The position numbers and the translations under genes were made by a program. The notes beneath the pieces were generated by a model. That model had not been told where the DNA came from, ran no database searches, and saw only the letters and a program-made list of their open reading frames with translations. Shown here piece after piece: positions 57,490 to 64,000 of a stretch of DNA of 64,000 nucleotides. This stretch comes from an uncultured delta proteobacterium (lineage in GTDB: Bacteria > Desulfobacterota > Syntrophia > Syntrophales > UBA2185): the NCBI GenBank assembly GCA_963729715.1, contig CAVSPA010000005.1:687607-751606 (forward strand). The letters run 5' to 3'. The first letter of the stretch is position 1. The number at the start of each line of letters is the position of its first letter.

Positions 57490-60420
57490 TTACTTTTCAA
57501 TCGACACTTCTTCACTGCTATGTTCGTGGCTGAGACTGTAGTCTTTATCACTTGCTACATAAAAATCGCTTTCAATCTTCGGATTATAAGCATCCCGCTC
57601 CACACTATTTTCTGTTGCCAGGATGATCTCTTCTTTGTTTGAGTCACGAGGACAATCAGTGTTGGCAATTTCAATCTGGCAGTCCGCCTTATGCATGTCG
57701 TTATCAATTGACTTGCTGTCATAGGTATAGTCCAAGGTAGAAGTCTTTTCTTGGTCCTGCATGGCTTTTTCAAAATACGCTTCTTTATTATCAACGAATA
57801 TCTGGAAGTCTTCTCTTGTACGACTTGCAGCAACATAGAACTGATTTGAATTAGCCCGATCCGCTTCTCCTGTGAAAATCACGTTATCATAGCTTGCACC
57901 CTGACTCTTGTAATCGGTTATGGCATAACCATGATCGATATACTGATAGTTATCGGGTTTAATATTGACCATACGCCCTCTGTTCACCTCGACAATTAGT
58001 CCACCGTTTTCGTTTATGGCCCTGATAACCCCGGCCAGCCCATTTTGGACATTCAGCATTTTATCGTTCTTTGTAAATGCTATAAGATCACCCACAGCAA
58101 AATCCATTTCCGCAGTTTGGAAGGATTGTAAACGGTCACCACACTGAGCAATATCAATAGTAAGTTCCTTGCCTGGTGCAGTCTCCAACTGGATCATGTT
58201 GTTGAGCGCATCAGTGCCTATTACCTTTGCTTCCGTGCCAGCTTTCATTCCGGGAATGGATTTTTGAGCAAATGTAATATTACCTCCCTGGTAATTGTGA
58301 GCGAATCGCTTATCACTTTCGGACATGTTGAGACATTCTCTAATTGTCATGTTGATGCCTTCCTGGAGCTTGCCCCCGGCTTTAAGTTCGTCTCGTATCA
58401 TGCTGTTAAGGTCTTTCCGATCAGCATTGGTTTGGGTTATAATTCGTGTTCCTGTTTCCATGCCGTTTTTGAAAAAATAGGCATCCTTGACGGCCTTGAG
58501 CCGCTCATCGCGGTCATTTATCTCTGTTAGCTTACCATTGGCCTCAAGGAGATATTGTGCCTTATCAAGGCACTTATTTTTAGCCGCAGTCGCAAGCTCC
58601 TTTGTAAAGCCCGTCTTTTGCCGTAGGCTTTCAGACAGGTGCAAAACACTAATCTCACCTTTCTCCTGGGCATCCCGGAAAATCCTGCCTGCATCAAGGG
58701 ATTGGAGCTGCTTGACATCACCCATAAGAACCATGTGGCAATTGTCCTGTTTAGCCGCATCTATCATCGCAAGGGTCTGACGGCTGCCAAGCATAGATGC
58801 TTCGTCGATGACTCTGATACCGCTTTTGAATTTCTGCTCATACGAGTCAACAGGTCCAGTACTCACATTTTCTCTGCTCATCAGGAATGAATCAACCGTG
58901 TATCCTTTCATTCCTGTTGCCTCTTTGAATTCCTGAACGGCCTTCCCGGTTTTGGAGTAACCCTCGATTTGCACAGCCTTACTTGCAGCAGCCTCTATTA
59001 TAGACTTAAAAATAGTTGTTTTTCCCGTTCCTGCATCCCCCTGAGCGAGAATGAATTGATCCTTGGATGTCATCACCTGGAAATATAACTCTCGCTGACC
59101 ATCTGTGAGGGTGAGGCCATTTCTGGTCTGATAAGCGTCAATGAATTGTTCAGCTTCTCCCTTAGTCATAATAGGTCCAATTTTCCCCTGCCCATCCTTG
59201 AGGTTCTCTAATATCTTCTGCTCAGTAATGATCATATCCGGGGTTGAATAAATGTGTTCCCCAGCATCCAAGCACTTTATCCCTTGCAATTTCTCTATTT
59301 CTAAGAAAGTCTTTGAGATGTCTTTTTCAGTAAATCTTCCTATAGATAGCGAAAGAGCATCTTTGATGATCTCCTCTCTGGTGAAAGTGCTTTCTCTTGC
59401 TGTCCTGTCCATGATTGCCGCTTTCACGCAGTCCATCTCATTCATATGTTTTTTGCTATCATATATCTCTTTATACTTCGAATAGGCTTGCTCTATGCAA
59501 TGAATAAGCTCGTCCTTGGACTTATGGCAGTCATTTGTGATCTGCTTTTCCCATGACTTCTGAATCTCGTCTTTCGTTATGGTTGTGTTCTTGCCCGGTC
59601 GAGTTTCTAAGGTAGCAATACGGTTAATCTGCGCATCATTTGCATGAGGCAATATATTATTAGTTTTGAGTTCCGCTTCTTTCTCTTTAATAGCCTTAGA
59701 TCGCTTTGAGAATTGTTCTATCACCTGTTTTTCAATTCCATCGATGTCGTAAAGTCCCTTTCCCTTGTTTTCGATGGCAAAGCCTGCTTTTGCGAGACTT
59801 GCAGCCATCTCAGCTTGATAAACAGCCGTCAGATATTTCTGATCCCGATAGATAACGGTGTTATCCAATGCACGATAGCCATTGGGGGTATTAATCATAT
59901 TGCAGATGAGGACATGGTTATGACTTTGAGGATCATTCATCCTACTCAAGGAGTGCTGGTAGACAGACATGATACCGCGACCTGAAGCGGGGACAGATTT
60001 AGTGACACCATCCTTAGTTTCCCGATAATAGATGTAATTCTTGTCGATGATGTCCAGAACTTTATTGAGTGCGGCTTCCCGGGAAGCTTCTATCTCATCA
60101 ACCTTGTATTTCAGGACGTACTCGGTAATGCTCACGCCTTTAGGGTCGTCAAAGGTAAAATCTACACCTGCCCGGTGCTCGGTACGACCATTTTCATCTC
60201 CATAAGACAGCCGCACAAGCTGATTCCCATCCAGGTCACGACCATGAATAATATTCATGAAATCTGCACCTTTTATACGTTCGCCTTCTTCGAGTCTTAG
60301 ATCCTTGAGGCCGCCACCCCTCCACTGAGAGTTTTCACCCTTGCCTCCCGGAGCGTGGAAGGGATCTTTCTCATAATAATATTCTGCGGCCTTGCCGGCC
60401 GATTGGCTCACGGGTCCCAT
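57490..60420 (-). CDS. MOBF relaxase-helicase (TrwC/TraI family)
   Basis: N-terminal EYYY, DFTF..PK.VS, HSLSRMNDPQSHNH, FSKRS; helicase GDAGTGKT, IDEASM, HGYAIT.YKSQG. Confidence 0.93.
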   Translation of the reverse strand: MGPVSQSAGKAAEYYYEKDPFHAPGGKGENSQWRGGGLKDLRLEEGERIKGADFMNIIHGRDLDGNQLVRLSYGDENGRTEHRAGVDFTFDDPKGVSITEYVLKYKVDEIEASREAALNKVLDIIDKNYIYYRETKDGVTKSVPASGRGIMSVYQHSLSRMNDPQSHNHVLICNMINTPNGYRALDNTVIYRDQKYLTAVYQAEMAASLAKAGFAIENKGKGLYDIDGIEKQVIEQFSKRSKAIKEKEAELKTNNILPHANDAQINRIATLETRPGKNTTITKDEIQKSWEKQITNDCHKSKDELIHCIEQAYSKYKEIYDSKKHMNEMDCVKAAIMDRTARESTFTREEIIKDALSLSIGRFTEKDISKTFLEIEKLQGIKCLDAGEHIYSTPDMIITEQKILENLKDGQGKIGPIMTKGEAEQFIDAYQTRNGLTLTDGQRELYFQVMTSKDQFILAQGDAGTGKTTIFKSIIEAAASKAVQIEGYSKTGKAVQEFKEATGMKGYTVDSFLMSRENVSTGPVDSYEQKFKSGIRVIDEASMLGSRQTLAMIDAAKQDNCHMVLMGDVKQLQSLDAGRIFRDAQEKGEISVLHLSESLRQKTGFTKELATAAKNKCLDKAQYLLEANGKLTEINDRDERLKAVKDAYFFKNGMETGTRIITQTNADRKDLNSMIRDELKAGGKLQEGINMTIRECLNMSESDKRFAHNYQGGNITFAQKSIPGMKAGTEAKVIGTDALNNMIQLETAPGKELTIDIAQCGDRLQSFQTAEMDFAVGDLIAFTKNDKMLNVQNGLAGVIRAINENGGLIVEVNRGRMVNIKPDNYQYIDHGYAITDYKSQGASYDNVIFTGEADRANSNQFYVAASRTREDFQIFVDNKEAYFEKAMQDQEKTSTLDYTYDSKSIDNDMHKADCQIEIANTDCPRDSNKEEIILATENSVERDAYNPKIESDFYVASDKDYSLSHEHSSEEVSIEK

Positions 60421-60439
60421 ACTCTTTATCCTCTATCAA

Positions 60440-62278
60440 TCAAAGGCTGACGGACCATTTTTTCTTGGGTGGAGTGTCTACTGTTTCCTTTTCCGTAGCT
60501 TCAAACATTGTCGCATAGCCTTTCCTGCCCTGTTGCGAGGATGGTAGTATGTCGAGGCCGGAACGTAAAACGAACGGTTTATTGATTTGAGTATAAGGCT
60601 TGTACGCAAGCTGAGTCTTGAAGATGTCTCGCCCAACCATAGATACAAAAGCTGCGAGATTTGGCAGGTGCTGAATCTGAGCCGGGCTGATGAGCATTTC
60701 TTGTATGCGTCGCAGCGTCATCTGTTGTCTGTCGCCCACATCCTCCGGAGATATGGAAAAATTCACATCATACTTGTAATATTCGGTCTCACCGATACGT
60801 CTGCCGAAATACTGCCCAGTGTCCGGATCGGGAGACCTGAAAATTATCGATGTGCCGCACGCATTGAGAATAGTTTGCGCTCCCTCTCGTCCGTACTTGC
60901 CACGGATCTGGCTCACATCCTGGATTCCGATAAAAACGCTCCCGCCCTTTGACCGCGCAGTCGTGAGCAATCTTTCGATTGAGGGTAGATTCTGTAATTG
61001 TGGAAATTCATCCAGAAGAAAAAATACCCTGCGGTCAAGATCATCAGGAAGAGATAATAGACGTCTTGCAATAAGATCAATCATCAGGCTCAAAATCGGT
61101 CTGAGCACGTCCTGGCAATCGGCATAATTAGTAATAAATAAGGCTCCTCCCTGTGTGTCCGTGAGCCACCTCGATAGGGAAAACTTGCCATGACAGTCCG
61201 TGTCCTGAAGATATTCAAAACACGAGACATACTGCATCATGCTCGATAGTATGCCGATGGACTGCTTTGATGAGGCGTCCTCTACATATCTTGCACCTGC
61301 TTTGGCGTCTGCATTTAAAAGCATCTCTTTGATCTCTGTAGCTTTGCTCGATACGGCATTCCAAATGTTAGCATTACTCATGCGCTTTTCTAAATATAAG
61401 TATCGGAGCAATCCGCTGAATACATCACGCGATCCGTCATTCCAAAAACGCCCCTCACCGACCGATGGCGGAATTAAACTGTGGCTCACTGCCTGAAGAT
61501 CAAGGGCATTGCATATTTCATTAAATATGGGCCAGCGAACGGATCTCGCATCCAACGGGTTGAAGATCAGGTCGGTTTTGGGGTTGTAAAATCGTCCTAC
61601 ATAGTCACCTTTGAAATCATGGCAAATAACTTTGCAGCCACGAGACCGGATCTCCTCAAAAGCCTGTGAGAAAAATACTGTTTTTCCAACACCAGGTGCA
61701 CCAGATACCAGTATATTCAGTATCTCATCTCTTATAGGCAATTTAACATGGGGAGACAGCGGAATCGAAATTGGCAGCGCTTCCGTTCTAATTCGCTTTC
61801 TGGTCTCTTTTTCACTAAGCAACTGTGGCCCGCGAATATGTTTTCGGTTAAATGTATTTGACACCCTCCGAAGTATTCTGATAACCAAAATACTCACTGG
61901 TATCATGCACACCAAAGAGATTACCGCCGCAATTTTCACTCTTCTTATCGCATCTTCTCTGATGTTCGAAGTAATGTCATTATTCATGATTGCGTCCGGA
62001 GTACCGACATACCTGCTGCCGTCGATTTCAAGTTCAATATTTTTGCTCTTTCCCAAAGCTGCATACCATTGTGCCTGGACAGTTGCGATTAGTACGCTCT
62101 TTCCGTTGTGTGGCATATACATTTCATAAACTCCCCAAAACACGAGGGGATATGCGATCATCAACATTAAAACAATCAGACGTACTATCTGAAAATGCAT
62201 TTTCATTGTTGTCCGTAGACGCTCTCCGCCGACATAAATCGGATGTTGTTTTTCGCTTCTATGAATATTTGCATTCAT
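60440..62278 (-). CDS. Type IV coupling protein (TrwB/TraD family)
   Basis: Two N-terminal TMs, GAPGVGKT, FNPLDARS, LLDEFPQL, RSKGG…GIQD. Confidence 0.92.
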   Translation of the reverse strand: MNANIHRSEKQHPIYVGGERLRTTMKMHFQIVRLIVLMLMIAYPLVFWGVYEMYMPHNGKSVLIATVQAQWYAALGKSKNIELEIDGSRYVGTPDAIMNNDITSNIREDAIRRVKIAAVISLVCMIPVSILVIRILRRVSNTFNRKHIRGPQLLSEKETRKRIRTEALPISIPLSPHVKLPIRDEILNILVSGAPGVGKTVFFSQAFEEIRSRGCKVICHDFKGDYVGRFYNPKTDLIFNPLDARSVRWPIFNEICNALDLQAVSHSLIPPSVGEGRFWNDGSRDVFSGLLRYLYLEKRMSNANIWNAVSSKATEIKEMLLNADAKAGARYVEDASSKQSIGILSSMMQYVSCFEYLQDTDCHGKFSLSRWLTDTQGGALFITNYADCQDVLRPILSLMIDLIARRLLSLPDDLDRRVFFLLDEFPQLQNLPSIERLLTTARSKGGSVFIGIQDVSQIRGKYGREGAQTILNACGTSIIFRSPDPDTGQYFGRRIGETEYYKYDVNFSISPEDVGDRQQMTLRRIQEMLISPAQIQHLPNLAAFVSMVGRDIFKTQLAYKPYTQINKPFVLRSGLDILPSSQQGRKGYATMFEATEKETVDTPPKKKWSVSL

Positions 62279-62429
62279 TATTTTCTCCTTATTAATATTA
62301 ATGGTTACGATCACGACACTTAGCAAGATCAGGTATTTTCCGAATAATGCTTATCCAAATCATATCCCTGACCAGTACCCGTGTCCCTTTTGCTGAATTT
62401 ATTATTAAAAAGTTTCCATAAGCACATCC

Positions 62430-62801
62430 TTATAGTGTAATTTTTTTGGTTGCCTGGAACTCCTGATATTTGGCCTCGACTAAATCTTTGATCTTGTAAA
62501 ATTGTTCAATGCCGATCGAAGCCTTGCAGTGTTCGACCATGATGATTAAGATCCAAAAAGAAAGATTCTGGATGCGTCGAATATCTTCGTATGTGGATGA
62601 TTGATCAGCCCTCATTCTTTTTAAATCCATCCTTAGTTCATTCATTGCCTTGCGGATCACATCAGCTTCAAAGCCAAGTTCGATTTTTTCCCTGATGATC
62701 TCAGTAACCGAAGTAGATTTCACCCGTGCCTCTGCCCTGATTTTTGCTTCAAGATCATCTGGCAGTCGTGCTGATATTTTATTTTTTAGTTTGTTCCCCA
62801 T
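62430..62801 (-). CDS. RHH-type relaxosome accessory protein (TrwA-like position)
   Basis: KISARLPDDL…SVTEIIRE ribbon-helix-helix pattern; upstream of the T4CP. Confidence 0.65.
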   Translation of the reverse strand: MGNKLKNKISARLPDDLEAKIRAEARVKSTSVTEIIREKIELGFEADVIRKAMNELRMDLKRMRADQSSTYEDIRRIQNLSFWILIIMVEHCKASIGIEQFYKIKDLVEAKYQEFQATKKITL

Positions 62802-62846
62802 TGCCCTCTGTTGATATCATTCACTTTTTAGGTGGTTTCACATTTG

Positions 62847-62960
62847 TTCTGTCCGACATTCTGTCCGACAACCCAAGCCATTAATAACATCCCAAATAAA
62901 CATGAATTTGAACACCACTTGTCATCTCCCCTTGCACTCAACGATTGCGTATGGTGTCCG
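62847..62960 (+). other. Candidate oriT with MOBF-type nic site
   Basis: GCACTC-AAC-GATTGC hairpin running into TTGCGTATGGTGT|CC (62945-62959); tandem TTCTGTCCGACA x2 at 62847-62870. Confidence 0.65.
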
Positions 62961-63305
62961 TCTTCAGCGATTTCACAGATCCTCTGCAGTATTCTAAAAT
63001 TCCTATTATCTTAGTTATCTAAACTGTTCGCGTGCATCACTTTTGCGAACGAATAATCAGTTTCATAAGCGCATACCTTCGTACGTAGGCCTAACTTCCT
63101 GTGTTCTCGAAAAGAATTTTACTTTTTGATTTTCTCGTGTAGAGCCACACGATGATTGTTCTTGACAGCAGCAGCAACCACTGCTATTCAAAATCAGCAA
63201 GGGATTATGATTTCGTCTGGTCATAATGTTCCTTCAGAGAGCCGGTCCCTCCGCCAAGATGCGACCGGCTTTCTCACTTCAAAATTTAGTCTATCTTACT
63301 TCTTT

Positions 63306-63572
63306 CTATTTCTTGAATTGCAACTCGTCATTTTTCCCCAGTCTTATGCGACCGTCCAGGAGTGCTTCTTTAAATTTCTTCATAACCTTGTCAGAAAACA
63401 AGACGGCAGAGAAAATCCCTGTCTTACGGATTAATTCCATATCGGTCAATCCACCTAGGACGAAGCTTCTGAGCATCTGCGCCCGTGATTTACCCAATTC
63501 GTTTGCAATACTATCGATGCGCTCCACTTCCTCATCTTCAAGAGGCACATTATATTGTTTGATCTTTCGCAT
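63306..63572 (-). CDS. CopG/RHH-family DNA-binding protein
   Basis: YNVPLEDEEVERIDSIANELGKSRAQMLR; GGAGG RBS. Confidence 0.75.
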   Translation of the reverse strand: MRKIKQYNVPLEDEEVERIDSIANELGKSRAQMLRSFVLGGLTDMELIRKTGIFSAVLFSDKVMKKFKEALLDGRIRLGKNDELQFKK

Positions 63573-64000
63573 TTTTTCCTACCTCCGGTTATTATTGTTA
63601 TATCCTTAACATACACTTTAATAATTTGAATTAAACTATAATAAACTATTTTGGATTTGTCAACAATTATTTTTAAATTATTTAAACAACTGTTGGGGAC
63701 AAATTCGCAGGGAAAGCCATTCCTCTAGACTGTTACTTTATGGTGCTTTTCTCTTTCGCCCCGTGTTCATACGCGAAGGCATTTGTGTTTGCCTTAGACA
63801 GCATTCAGAAAGTGCGACAGCATTCTTTCAGTTAACTATTGAGATGGGGCACCGACAAAGACGAGGACGCATCGAAATGCTATTTGAAGTGAATTAAATC
63901 TGCCATTTCTAAATATTCCCTCTAAAACCCTTGCGATATTGTTTTCTTCTTGAAAATAACATGAAAAGCCGAAGACAGGGTATGCTGGGCTTCAAATACA

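Larger units (their letters stand above)
55925..64000. mobile_element. Integrative mobilisable/conjugative element at tRNA-Leu(GAG); probably extends beyond the window
   Basis: Integrase, xis, MOBF relaxase, T4CP, RHH genes and oriT-like site directly after the tRNA; visibly AT-richer than the backbone. Confidence 0.88.

Overview
Bacterial chromosome segment. Gene content suggests an anaerobic Deltaproteobacteria/Desulfobacterota-like organism, possibly Syntrophales (inference). Positions 1-55.9 kb are mostly housekeeping and metabolic genes, with four notable loci: (1) an 1810-aa single polypeptide fusing an HExxH domain, a VWA/MIDAS domain, an orphan AAA-lid-like segment, 10 HEAT repeats and two midasin/MoxR-like AAA+ domains; (2) a nine-gene accessory type II fatty-acid/lipid cluster behind a candidate sigma-54 promoter, next to a sigma-54 two-component system; (3) a KamA-family aminomutase with two ATP-grasp ligases; (4) a UshA-like selenoprotein truncated by the ORF track (CPTU with an in-frame UGA and a SECIS-like hairpin), co-oriented with CDF and VKOR-DsbA genes. 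After secG-tRNA-Leu(GAG), an integrated mobile element begins: integrase, excisionase, MOBF relaxase, coupling protein, RHH proteins and a candidate oriT/nic. Several single-base frameshifts (osmC-like, HPF-CSD, secG, integrase, xis) most likely reflect sequencing or assembly indels.
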